A stretch of 64,000 nt of DNA, taken from positions 19,716,001 through 19,780,000 of the forward strand of contig JBHGNT010000004.1 in assembly GCA_043228905.1 (NCBI GenBank). The letters are read 5' to 3'. Numbering within the stretch: the stretch's first letter is position 1; the number at the start of each line of letters is the position of its first letter. Under the pieces are notes generated by a model. It saw nothing but the letters and a program-made list of their open reading frames with translations. It did no database searches and had not been told where the DNA came from. Source of the DNA: Azolla caroliniana (Eukaryota > Plantae > Polypodiophyta). Below are positions 25,236 through 37,100 of the stretch, piece after piece. The translations under genes and the position numbers were made by a program.

Positions 25236-27609
25236 TAAAGGGTTGCAAGTGACATCCTTGAACCGGGTGGCGATCAACGGGCTTCAAGGGAGTATGCACG
25301 GGATACTGTAGCAAGATCCGTCGTGGGAGGCATTTGAAGAGGCGCTAAAGACTACGTTCTCCATTAAGGAATCCTCCAAGGCAACGAGGAGGGGATTCGA
25401 AGATTTGGTGGAAACACCAGATCAGGGGATGAAGGTCCTCGATGTGTTTTCGTCATTCGAAAGTCGGTTCGGGAGGTTGTCTGCGAGAGATCAAGCTATC
25501 CTTGCACCGGACAAAGTGATCATGTTCCTACGAGCCGTGGACATCCAGAACCGGAAAGATCTTGGAGTGCTTTTGGAGGACATGACCAATGAGAGTGTCC
25601 TCACCGAAACATGGAAAAGTGTGCAGGACATTGTCGCGTGATACACGAAGAGGGGGCAATGGCTTGCTAGCGAAGAAAAGAGGGTTTCAGAACCGATTCC
25701 AAAACCGAGATTTGGATTGGAAGATCATCAACCGAGGGCTCAGGAGACTACGATTGAGAAGGGAATCGATGCAACCACGGTGGAGCAGTTGCTGAAAGAA
25801 ATGGAGAATCTTAAAATCGCGATGGTAGAGAAGTCGGATGACTGTCCCACAAGCTCAAAGTATATGGACCGTCGGTGCATATGGTGCGATAGCACCGAAC
25901 ATGATCGGAGGGATTGCGACGAGCACAAGGAGGCGTTACGATGGGATCTTATCTACTACGAGGGAAATCGGATCCATTCGATGGACTCTTGGAAGCCACT
26001 CCGACTGAACTTCCGGAAAGGTGGCATGAAGAAGGTCCTTCAGGAGGAAATAGCAGCGAAGGTAATTATGCGACAACCGCGGGAATAAGTATGAGTGAGT
26101 CGTCGGGAGCAAAGGCGTCTTTTTGTCCGGATGTGCTAGAAAACCGCGAGAAAACCAACTCCAATGAGATCCAAAGCACTGTGGAAGGCATCTGTGAAGC
26201 TACGGGATGGGAGTTCCCCGTCGATAAGAATAGCGTGTACGCCTTATGTCAATTGCATGAAGTGTATATAGACAATTCCAGCATTCAAACTCGCCTCGGA
26301 CATCGAACAACAAAAGGACTTGAAAAAGGTGTTCGAGGAGAGAATCCTCGATAGTCGGGTAGAATTTTCGCTTCGGGAATTACTTGGGATAGCGAAGGAG
26401 TTCTACAATCTTCTTGTGGATCTCGTGAAGAGAAAAAGACAAAGTACGGAGGAAAATGCTCCAAGGGTGAATGAAAATACCATTTTAATGAGTGACACCG
26501 AATTGGAGGACGAAATTCCAAACTCCCACTACACAAGGCCACATTGGGCACGTGCAACTACGAAGATTTTGGTCCGAATCGGCAAACATCAAAGAGCCCG
26601 TGCTAGCATTGATTGATCACGAATCGGAGATCAATTTGATGTCCAAGGAGTTCTACTGGAAGGGGAAGTGGCCTATTAACACTAATCATGGATGGAAGAT
26701 CCGGGCAGCCACTAAAGCAATAGAAGACCTATTTGCGGCTTGTTCGGATGGGACGGTGAAGATCGGAGATGTGGAGATAGACCAAAATTTATTCTTGCAA
26801 GATGAGGTCTCACACTCCATGATCCTTGGGCAACCCTTTACCACGACATCATGGATGGAGACGAAGGTGCTCAATATCGGTGCGGCTTTCGCACGAATTC
26901 GGAGTCAAAGTAGAGGGAAATCCGTCCAATTCCTAACTGTGCCTGCGAATCATGAAAAGAACAAGAGGGAGTTCTTGTCCCAAACAAAGATGGATTTTTA
27001 GAGCAGACTGTTGCGGAGTGGGGAAGTGATAGTCAGAGAAGCCCTGATACCCCACACAGGAAGAAAACTCTCGGAGCAAAGCAAGTACGAATCGGTCCGG
27101 ATGGGGCAGCTACGTACACAGCCGTAACCGAAGGAATGAAGAAAGAATACCGAAAAGTAGAGGATAATGTCAGGAATAGTACTAAAACAGAGATGGAATT
27201 AGTACTAAGAACAGTAGTACTATTAGTACTAAGAGGACGGGACTGCGTAAGATTCCCGAGAGAGGAAGTGAGAAGAGGAGAGAGAGAGAGATAGCGAGAA
27301 TGAGAGAGATGATGACAGCAGCTATATATTATGTGAAAAGATAAGTACAAGCGGCTAAGAGGCTTAAGACTGGCGTTGAACCAATTTGGTTCAAAACAAT
27401 GCCTTGTGCCTCCTTTTATAGTGTTTTTAGGAATAATCTTGAAGCTTCTAGAATGTTCCAGAGAGATCTGGAATATACATCAATTTTCTATGATAAAGTA
27501 TAAATGAAAATAATATCCTACAAAATACAATTCCTAATCTAATGGTAAGAGCTCGACCCATGTAGCATAAAGTCATGGGTTCGAGTCTTGCCATGACACT
27601 ATCTCCCCC

Positions 27610-30600
27610 TTAAAGACGACGAGTGGAACGAGTCGGCGCTAACTGCGGACCGGGTTTGTCCGGATACTTTCGGTGGAAATCAGCAAGAAGATCTTGTGCA
27701 TTGGCAACATTCTCGACGGGTTCCCAAGTACGTTCGCTCGGACTATAACCGAGCCAATCGACCAAGTAATAAAGTTTGTTGCGAACAAGTTTGGAATCGA
27801 GGATGGCAGCAACTTCATACTCCGGGCCGTCGTCCAACTCCAGCGGGGGTGGCGGTGGTGTCACACGATCGGGAATGGTGTTTGCTTTATAAGGTTCAAG
27901 AAGAGAACAATGGAAAACCGGATGTATCTGAAGCTGCGGAGGGAGATCCAGGCGGAAGGTGACATCATTAATCTTCCCCGTAATACGGAAAGGACCGAGT
28001 CGTCGATAATCCAACTTGTCGCACGGTCGAGTAGTCTTGATGTGACGACGTAAGAGCCATACTCGATCTCCGATGGCAAAAGAGGAGGGAATCCGATGAC
28101 GATCCGCATAAGTCTTCTGTGTGTGTTGAGCATGACGAAGGTGAGTAGAGAGATCCATCTGGATCTTGCGTAGCCTCTCCAAATGGTCCTCGGCACGAGG
28201 GTTGGTAGGTAGCTCCGGAGTGTCGATCACCGACCAGCGAGGATGGAAACCCGTATAAGCGAGAAATGGGGAGACCCGAGTCGAGGAGTGAATAGCATTA
28301 TTATACGCAAACTCCGCAAAGTGGAGAATCTCGGCCCAATCGTCCTGTTGATAACTCAGGAAACATCGGAGATATTGCTCCAACGTTTGATTTGTTCGTT
28401 CCGCCTGTCCGTCAGTTTGAGGATGGTAGCCGGAGGAGAGGTTGCAGGAGACCTTGAGCATCCTGAAGAGATGCTGCCAAAATTTGGAGACAAATTGCGG
28501 GCCTCGGTCACTGATAATACTGTCTGGTAGGCCATGATGCCGAAATACCTCACGCATAACAAGAGCGGCGGTTTCCTCGCTAGTGATGGCTTTAGTACAT
28601 GGCACAAAATGTGCCATCTTCGTATATCGATCGACGACGGTTAGGATAGCATCGAACCCCTTCGAGACCGGCAGATCTGTAATAAAATCAAGACAAATAG
28701 ACTGCCATGGCTTACTTGGAATTGGTAAAGGTTCCAACAAGCCATATGGATGGTGTCGTGGCATCTTTGCTTGGCAGCAAGCATCACAGGTCCGAACATA
28801 GTCGTCGACAAAACGGCGCATGTGGGGCCACCAAAAAGATCGCTGCACTAACTCCAACGTCTTGGTACTACCGAAATGTCCCGCCGTATGGGTGTCGTGA
28901 CAATGTTGGACGATTTGAAGGCGACCGGAGCAATCGGGGACATATACGCGCTTTTTAAAGAATAACAAACCATCATGATATTCGAATTGTCGGTAGTCAA
29001 TACCTGGTTGTTGAGACTGAGAACAGGATGCCCGAGAAGTATCAATGTGCGCCAGGATGTCTTGAGCAAAACTATCCGTCTTCAAGGTTGCACGTATGTC
29101 ATCGGTAATCCGTGAATCCATCGGGGTGTGAAAAATCCGCGTCGTGTGCAATCGTGTTGGTCCCAAGATTACTTGCTTTTGATTATCAAATGTTGCGTCA
29201 CCAGGACGAGGTGCAAGATATGAACGCCGTGATAGTGCATCTGCTTTTCCTTGCTGCTTCCCCGGTCGATATGTGATTTCGAAGTTGAAACGCGTGAGGA
29301 ATTGCGCCCACCGAGCTTGCCGTCGATTTAGTACGCGAGCGTTCTGAAAATAAGCAAGATTTTTATGATCGCTAAAGACAATGACCTGATGTGGAGAGCC
29401 CTCTAAGAAATGCCGCCATTGTACAAATGAATCCACGATGGCTAATAACTCCTTGTCATGTATTTCGTAGTTGATTTCTGCGACATTGAATTTGCGCGAA
29501 TGGAAAGCCACCGGATGCAACTCTTCTTTATCGCCTTGTTGAGAAAGGATGCTACCGAGGGCGAAATCTGATGCGTCGGCCTCCATGATGAATGGTTTGC
29601 TTGTATCCACATGAGCTAGAATCGGTGCTGATGTAAAGGCTTTCTTAAGATGCCGAAAAGCCATATCTGCTTCGATGGACCAAAGAAATGCTTGGCCCTT
29701 CTTCGTAAGTTGTGTGAGAGGTAAAATAATCTTCGAGTAATCCTGTATAAACTTACGGTAGAAGTTAGCAAAGCCTAGAAAACATTGTACATCTCGTACC
29801 GACCGTGGAATTTGCCACTCTAGTACAGTTTGGATTTTAGCTGGATCCATGGCGATGCCCTTTGAGGAGATGACGTAGCCTAGAAATTCCACTTGCTTGC
29901 AGTCAAAGCTACATTTCTCTAGCTTGGCATAAAGACCATTCTCGCGGAGTCGCTTTAGTACTAATAGTACATGAGAATCGTGCTCTTCCTGGGTCTTCGA
30001 ATAAATCAACAGATCATCCAGATAAATGATCAAACAGATATCCAAGAGGTCTCTGAATATATCATTTGCCATGTGTTGGAAGACTGCGGGTGCATTGGTT
30101 AGGCCAAACGGCATAACAGTATACTCGAAATGCCCATACCGCGTGCGAAAAGCGGTCTTCCACTCATCTCCCGGTCGGATCCGCACGAGATTATACGCTC
30201 CTCGTAGGTCGATTTTAGTAAAAAACTTGGCACCATTAACTCGCTCTAAAAGACTTGATATAAGAGGAAGTGCATACCTATTCCGGATGGTGACTTTATT
30301 CAATCCGCGGTAATCAACGACAAGACGAAGTGAGCCATCTTTCTTCTTGACAAAGAAGATGGGTGCACCGGCCGGAGATTTCAAATGACGGATGAACCCG
30401 CTTGCCAAGTTCTCCTCTATGTAGGCTCGAAGGACTTCTAACTCGGTGGGTGACAAGTTGTAAATTGGTCCCCATGGTGGCTCGGTTCCTGGTTGTAAAT
30501 CGATGGGACAGTCATAGGGACGGTGATGAGGAAGGGTACCGGCTTTTACCTTGTCAAATACATCGGCATAAGGATGATATTTTGCCGGAAGTTGTATTGA

Positions 30601-31182
30601 GGAGTCCTTCTTAATAGTGCTAGAAGGATGTACTGATATGGCAAATAGGAACATTGCCTCCTTGGGTCCTTCTTCGCGTAGTTGATGGAGTGAAATGGTC
30701 GAAACTCGGTGAGTTGATTCTTGGGGTGGTCGATATCGGACTTCTCTTGTTCTCCAATCTATGGCTGGATTATGTAATTCAAGCCAAGGTAATCCTAGGA
30801 CAATGGGATGCTCTGGACTACTAATTATATTAAATGATATTATACACACAAAACTACCTAGGACAACTTGAATGGGTTCTGATTCTTCTACAATATTCCC
30901 GGAAGCAATGGGACGACCATCAATGACCACTACAGATGCGGGACAAGGAAGTTTTCTTAAGGATATCTGAGAAGCTTGGGCAAAATTTCGATCCATGAAA
31001 CAGGAATTAGCTCCGGAATCTAAAAGTGCTAGGACGGGTACTGGGGGAGTACTTTTAGTACTAACAATGTCTTGGGCTAGGAACACATTGCTAACTTGCT
31101 TGGAAGGAATGGAACCACTAATGGGCTGTACAGATCTAGGGCTGCTGTCCAACCAAATGGCTCCTATTTTGGCTGGACTCAA
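27610..31182 (-). CDS. pol: Intact Pol of element B: PR-RT-RNase H-IN-chromodomain, in the -1 frame to gag
   Basis: LLDSGA, IYLDDLLI, DASD, HHCC zinc finger, GQAER, GPF, and chromodomain EYEVAAIL...YLVDWLGY...TWEP. Confidence 0.96.
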   Translation of the reverse strand: MSPAKIGAIWLDSSPRSVQPISGSIPSKQVSNVFLAQDIVSTKSTPPVPVLALLDSGANSCFMDRNFAQASQISLRKLPCPASVVVIDGRPIASGNIVEESEPIQVVLGSFVCIISFNIISSPEHPIVLGLPWLELHNPAIDWRTREVRYRPPQESTHRVSTISLHQLREEGPKEAMFLFAISVHPSSTIKKDSSIQLPAKYHPYADVFDKVKAGTLPHHRPYDCPIDLQPGTEPPWGPIYNLSPTELEVLRAYIEENLASGFIRHLKSPAGAPIFFVKKKDGSLRLVVDYRGLNKVTIRNRYALPLISSLLERVNGAKFFTKIDLRGAYNLVRIRPGDEWKTAFRTRYGHFEYTVMPFGLTNAPAVFQHMANDIFRDLLDICLIIYLDDLLIYSKTQEEHDSHVLLVLKRLRENGLYAKLEKCSFDCKQVEFLGYVISSKGIAMDPAKIQTVLEWQIPRSVRDVQCFLGFANFYRKFIQDYSKIILPLTQLTKKGQAFLWSIEADMAFRHLKKAFTSAPILAHVDTSKPFIMEADASDFALGSILSQQGDKEELHPVAFHSRKFNVAEINYEIHDKELLAIVDSFVQWRHFLEGSPHQVIVFSDHKNLAYFQNARVLNRRQARWAQFLTRFNFEITYRPGKQQGKADALSRRSYLAPRPGDATFDNQKQVILGPTRLHTTRIFHTPMDSRITDDIRATLKTDSFAQDILAHIDTSRASCSQSQQPGIDYRQFEYHDGLLFFKKRVYVPDCSGRLQIVQHCHDTHTAGHFGSTKTLELVQRSFWWPHMRRFVDDYVRTCDACCQAKMPRHHPYGLLEPLPIPSKPWQSICLDFITDLPVSKGFDAILTVVDRYTKMAHFVPCTKAITSEETAALVMREVFRHHGLPDSIISDRGPQFVSKFWQHLFRMLKVSCNLSSGYHPQTDGQAERTNQTLEQYLRCFLSYQQDDWAEILHFAEFAYNNAIHSSTRVSPFLAYTGFHPRWSVIDTPELPTNPRAEDHLERLRKIQMDLSTHLRHAQHTQKTYADRHRIPSSFAIGDRVWLLRRHIKTTRPCDKLDYRRLGPFRITGKINDVTFRLDLPPQLQIHPVFHCSLLEPYKANTIPDRVTPPPPPLELDDGPEYEVAAILDSKLVRNKLYYLVDWLGYSPSERTWEPVENVANAQDLLADFHRKYPDKPGPQLAPTRSTRRL

Positions 31183-34100
31183 TCGTTTAACTCTTCATCT
31201 AATTGACTAAGGATTTCAAATTTATTTGAGATACTTGGGCTATTAGTACTATGAATACTATCTGACACTCTATTAGTACTATTAATACTATCAGACACTC
31301 CAAAGGGAAGAATTGACTCGGGTTTAGTACAGGCGACGATTTGATTTACCTGTCTTCTTGGCCTATGGGGACAATTGATGGCGATATGTCCTGGTCCACC
31401 GCAATAAAGACATAATCGATTGGCACGTCGTCGTTGCTTTTCTTCTTCCGATAATGGGCCGCGTCGACGCATGGTATCGATCTCCATCGGTGTCGAAGTA
31501 TTTGCTTGAGGTGTGTCTCGTGCAAACGGTTTAGCCGCGACTGCGGCGTAAGTGGGCTCTGGCCTAGAGCGTGGTATCTGTAATTGACGTTCTGACCGCC
31601 GTTCAAAAAGGCGGTTGTCACATCGAACTGCTCGACTGATTGCCTCCGTAAGAGACTTTGGTTCTTCGGGGAAAGTTAGAAGTAGATCTTTGACATCGTT
31701 TCGCAAGCCATAGCGAAACTGCTCCATTAGTGCTTGATCATCCCAGGGTATATCTGAAGCAAGTAGGCGGAAATCCGCCGCGTAGGCAGAGGCTGGACGA
31801 TCGCCTTGACGCAATCGCCGGATCTTGTTGATCGCCGTCCTGATGCTGTCGGTGTCTCCAAAGCAGGCTTTAAACTCACCAATAAAATCTTCAAAGTTAT
31901 TAAGTAAGGGTGATTGTTTTTCTAGAAGCGGAGCAAACCATGCCAAGGCTGAGCCACTAAGTAGCGTGCCTATTAGGCCGACTCGAGATGCATCAGTGGG
32001 ATATCGGGAAGGATGCATCTGGATGACTAAGCGTACCTGATTAAGGAATCCCCGGAATTGCGAACGCGTTGTCGAGATATTATGCAAGTGCGTGTGGAAT
32101 CGAGGCGGGACCGCGGGGGTCTCGGACCAAAGAGCAAGCGAGGGAGGAGAAAGAGAGAGAACCGGCTACGCAGGACCGGGGATACACAGGGACACGGCCC
32201 TTCAGCACGGAGAACGCGGACAGAGACCGACACAGACAGATGTGAATGACTTAATATGTATATTAAGAAAATGGCTAATCACGACTACAACCCTCGACGG
32301 GGCACAGGTTGGTTACAACCGAACAGGCCGGCGAACAGGTGCCGATGCCTGTTCACTTCGACGCACAAAGGGGCTGCCGGAAGCACTCGGGCGTTCCTCG
32401 AAACAGCGCGAGCCTCCTCGGAACCCTGCACAGAAAGCTATGGAGCTCAAGAAGGAAGGAAACAGAGAGAGAGAAGCGTCCAGAAACGGTCCGACAGCAC
32501 TTCGTCCTCTCCGTCCCCCGATCCCCCTGCAACAGCTCTTTCCTGCTCTTATATAGCCCGACGAGCAGGCCGTCCTGTCATCTTTATTCCCTGTCCCTTT
32601 TGAACAGGGATCCGCTCCGTTCTTCGCGCATCCGCGTAGTTACGCCGCCTACTCGTGCCGTCCCTTAGCTCGCGCGCGCCACCGAAAAGACTGTTCGCGC
32701 GGTCTTTGTCTCCACCTATGTTAGGGCCCGTTCCTGCCGATTATCCCCCGAACTCGCTTCTTCGTGCTACTTGGAGCTTGCGCGCGTGAAGAACCGGTTC
32801 CCACGCCTAGGTGCGCCGATTCCGCCTATGGACGGTTTTCTTCACGACATCCGCCCCCACCTAACCGCGCATCCTCCGGTATGCGCCAAGAGAGTTGGGA
32901 CTGAGAAAACCGGCCCGTCTTCATTCCTCGCCCGTCGGTTCATCCTCGTTTTCGGATCGTTCGTCACTGCCGACCAGGAGAGCCGGGTCCGGCTCGTCGT
33001 CGTGTCGCTTCTTGAACGCTTTGATCCGCTTCCCTGCAACCGGTATCGTCATTCTCGTGCCGTCGAGTTCCGCCAGGTGGTATGTCCCGTTGTCATTGGC
33101 GCTCTGTACCACGTAAGGCCCGAACCACCTTCGTGCGAACTTCCGTGTAGCTCGGTGCTGGTTGTCGAGGCTGCTATCGTAGACGAGCACCCAGTCACCT
33201 TCTTCAATTTTCTTCGGTCGGAGCCGGTGCGTTCGGTCGAACCTGGCTTTGTTCTTTTTCCTCGCTACTCGGAGCTTCTCCGTAGCCAGTTCCACGTCCT
33301 CCGGTCTCCGCTCGAGCTGTCGTATGCGCGCGGCCAACAACTCCTCCCGGCTCATCTCGTCCCTCCAGTCGACCGTTGCCCACGAGGAGATCGTCCGTTC
33401 CGTCGGCATGATCGGCTTCTGGCCGAACATGAGCTCTGTCGGCATGTACCCGGTTACCGAACTGTGCGTGGTCCGGTCTGCCCACAAAGCATAAGGTAGC
33501 AGCCGCGGCCAGTCACCGACTCGGCCTCCGCATGCCCGAACCAACGCCTTGACGATCGGTCCGTGTCCTCGCTCCACCTTTCCATTCGCCTCCGGATTGT
33601 ACGCAGTGGTGAGCGAGAGCTCGACTCCCAGCCGGTCGAACAGCTCCGCGGCTTCTTCGGCGTCCAACTCCCCTCGGTCAGCCACGATCTTCCCGACGCA
33701 CCCGTACCGGCATATCACGTCCTCGATTAGGAACCGGCATACGGCCGCGGTCGTTTTGTTCGGAAGGGCCCGGCCTTCCACCTGGTTCGTCAGATCCTCC
33801 CGCGCTAGGACCAGGTACCGCATCTGTCCTACTCCCATTGGCATCGTTACTAGATCTACCATCCATTTGAAATGGATGGCCGGAGGGTACGTAGGGTGAA
33901 GCTCGTCTCGATGTCGGACTACGGAGTGCATCTGGCAGCTCTCGCAAGTTGTCACGAACCGATGCACGTCCTGGTACTGCCCCGACCACCAATACTTCCC
34001 CTTTAGTTTCTCAAACGTAGCCCATGTTCCACGGTGTCCAGCCCAAGGGCTGTCGTGGTAGGCCGTCAGCAGCTCCTCCTGTTCTTCCTTCATCGCCACC

Positions 34101-37100
34101 ACCCGGAGCGGAACGCCGTCCTTCTTCTTCGGGTGCTTCCATAGATAGCCATCCCGGAGAAAGAACCGGTACGCTTTCTTCCGGATCCGGTTGGCCTCGT
34201 CCTTCGTCCATGACGCATCGGGCGTCATTGTCTTCAGAAACCCACCGATCTGCAGCCACTCCCCTTCGTACTTGCTCGCGTCGAAGTCGTTAAGCGCCGG
34301 AGTGCTTGTTCCGTCGGTTGTTACATACGCAGTCTCGAAGAAGTCCACGCCGACGTCTTCGTCCTCCGAAACCATGCCGCCCTCGTCATCGAATCTTGCC
34401 CTTGAAAGCATGTCGGCCATGGCGTTGTCTTTCCCGGAAATGTGTCGTATTTCCGGGTCCAGGGACTTGATGTACGCTATCCACCTGAGCATTGCCAGGT
34501 CCGGCGTCGCGCATCCGGAAATCATGCTGAGAATCGGCATGCAATCCGTCTCTATAATTACCTCTGTCCCGATCAGATAGTCCTTGTCGGCCTTCACCGC
34601 CGAAACGATACCCCAGAGCTCGCGTTTAACCTGGGCGTATCCTCGCTGCCGTTCGCTGAGGACCTTCGCACCGAATCGGACCGGAAACCGATTGCCGTCC
34701 TCATCTTCTTGGTTGACGACCCACCCGATTCCGGTCGGACTCGTGTCAACCGTTATGTACACTGGGGTGCCCTTCCTGTAGACGGCCTTTCGGAGCGCCG
34801 GTGCTGCCGAAAGAGCCTCCTTTAGCTTCCGGACCGACTCCGTGTGCTTGTCTAGCCATTCGAATCTTCGCCCTTTCTTCAATAACCCGTACAGCGGCTC
34901 CGCGACGTGCGCGTAATGCGGGATCCATATGTGGTAGAATGCGCATGCCCCCAGGAATCTTCGTACTTCCGTGACCGAGCTGCAGTCGGGCTTCATCGCG
35001 GAGATGGCTTCTACCTTTGCCGGAGACGGTTTCCGGCCATACGACCCACATAAGTGTCCGACCACCATGATTTCCGACTGCCCGAAGGCTGATTTCTCCC
35101 CCGAGAAGGTTAGCCTCGCATCCTCTAGCCTTTGCAGCACCTTCTCGCAGTCGTCGATGTGCGTTACCACGAATCGCCGGCATCCGTCCGGCCCGGTCGT
35201 CTCGTCCCTCTCTTCTACCGGGCATCCCTTGATCGGGATGTCGTCTAGAAACGGCATGGTGATGTCCGGGATGCAGTCCCTCAGCACCTTGTTCATTGCA
35301 TTCACCATGTGGGCCACCGAGTTGGTCCCTCCTTGCGGCAGCGTACACATCCGCACTAGGCCGAGGGGAGTTCGCATCGTCGTAATGTCTCTGCTCTCCA
35401 CGGCTAGCTGGAACTGGTCGTACCCTGAATATAGATCACCGACCGAGTAAATCGACCTTCCGGCGAAGGCCTCCGCGAACTCATCTATGGTCGGTCCGAT
35501 CCCTGCGTTCCGAATGGTCACCCTATTGACCGGTTGCAGGTCCTGAATGAAGCGCAACGATCCGTTTTTCTTTGGTACGGTAAACCACCGGTTCGAGTAC
35601 GGGGCGCTCGACGGCTCGAGAATGCCCATATCAACTTTCTGCTTCAACAGCTCCATCAACTTCGGGATGTGAGCTCTCGGAACCGGAATTGGCTTGAGAT
35701 TCCACGGTACATGCGGTACCGTGAATATCACCATCGGCTCTACGGTCGTCGGGTCTACGCACCCGATTTCCTCCGGTGAGAATGCGAAGGCTTTCCCGTG
35801 CCTTCCGAGCATTCTCCGGAACCGGTCTTCCTCCGCCGGCAGTAGGAACCCGCCCCCACTTATCTTCAGCTCACGGAGCGTCTCGTTGGTGAAGGTGTGT
35901 CCTATGCAGGCCGGATCCCGTAAGCTGGGGTCCGATGCAACCCCTTTGATTCGGGATTCGCTGCCCTCCGGTAGGGGCGCCGCAACTGGCCTCACCTTCC
36001 GGTCCACAGTCTTGTACTTGGTGCTAACTCGGGCCGTCCGTTCCGACTCGAGCCCTCGACCGAAGTCCGCGATGACTTCGTACATTTCTTCTGAACATAC
36101 CGGTATCGCCCGGTCCTCGATAAGGTCTTCTTCGACTATCCTCCCCAGCATTCCCAAGGTGTCGTCGAAGGAGACTGCCTCCACGGCTCCGTTGATTTCT
36201 TCGTCAGGGCCGAGAACTCCGCACGCCCGAAGTCTCCCCTCCGTCTTGGTTTTCTCTCGGCCGGTGATGCCGACCAACGCACATGCTCCGCTGTCGGAGA
36301 AGCAAAATTTCCTACCTATTGTACACGGTTTTTTCGTACAGATGTGGGGTTTTCCCGGAGTATCCGGACTGTCGCGGCCCCACGCCTTGGCAGTCCTCTC
36401 TAAAAATCCTCTCGGTTTGCGGAACCGAGGGAGTCGCGGTTTCGTTCGTGGTTCGGCCGTACCGTCAGAAACTGGACCGAATGGCGCCCGTCTTGGCTTT
36501 TGACCCTCGCGTAGGCCGAACCGTTGTCCAGCACCTTGGTCTCCATCCGCGCCGCCGTGATGTACGGTTCTCCCAGTATGACCGGATGCGAAGATGTCTC
36601 CTGCACGAAGAAGTGCTGGTCAATCTCGACGTCGCCGATCTTGACTCGCACATTCGGACAGGCCCCGTGCAGCTCCTCGGTGGCGCGCGTTGCCGCCCTT
36701 ATTTTCCACCCGTGCTTGGTGTTGATCGGCCATTTGCCCTTCTTATAGAAGTCCATGGACATCAAGTTGATCTCCGATCCGTGGTCAACCAAAGCTATCA
36801 CCGGTTCCTGGACATCGCCGATCTTCACCGGGGTTTCCGTGGTCGCTCGGGCCCAGTGTGGTCTCGAATAGTGGCTTTCTGCCCACTCGTCTCCCAGCGC
36901 CATGTCGTCTAGGTGCGTCGTCCGCACTTCCACTGGTCTTTCCGGTTCTGTCTCCGTTGACAGCCTCTTCCGTTTCACCAAGTCCACGATGGAGTCGTGG
37001 AACTCCTTCTTGGCGATTCCCAGCACCTCTCGTAACGACAGCTCCACCTTACTGTCGAGGATCCGTTCTTCCAGGACCTTTCGTAAGTCCGTGGTCCTTT

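Noticed and set aside
27535-27598. Genuine tRNA genes at the A/B-box sites
   Set aside because: No consistent acceptor or anticodon stems; only the promoter boxes fit
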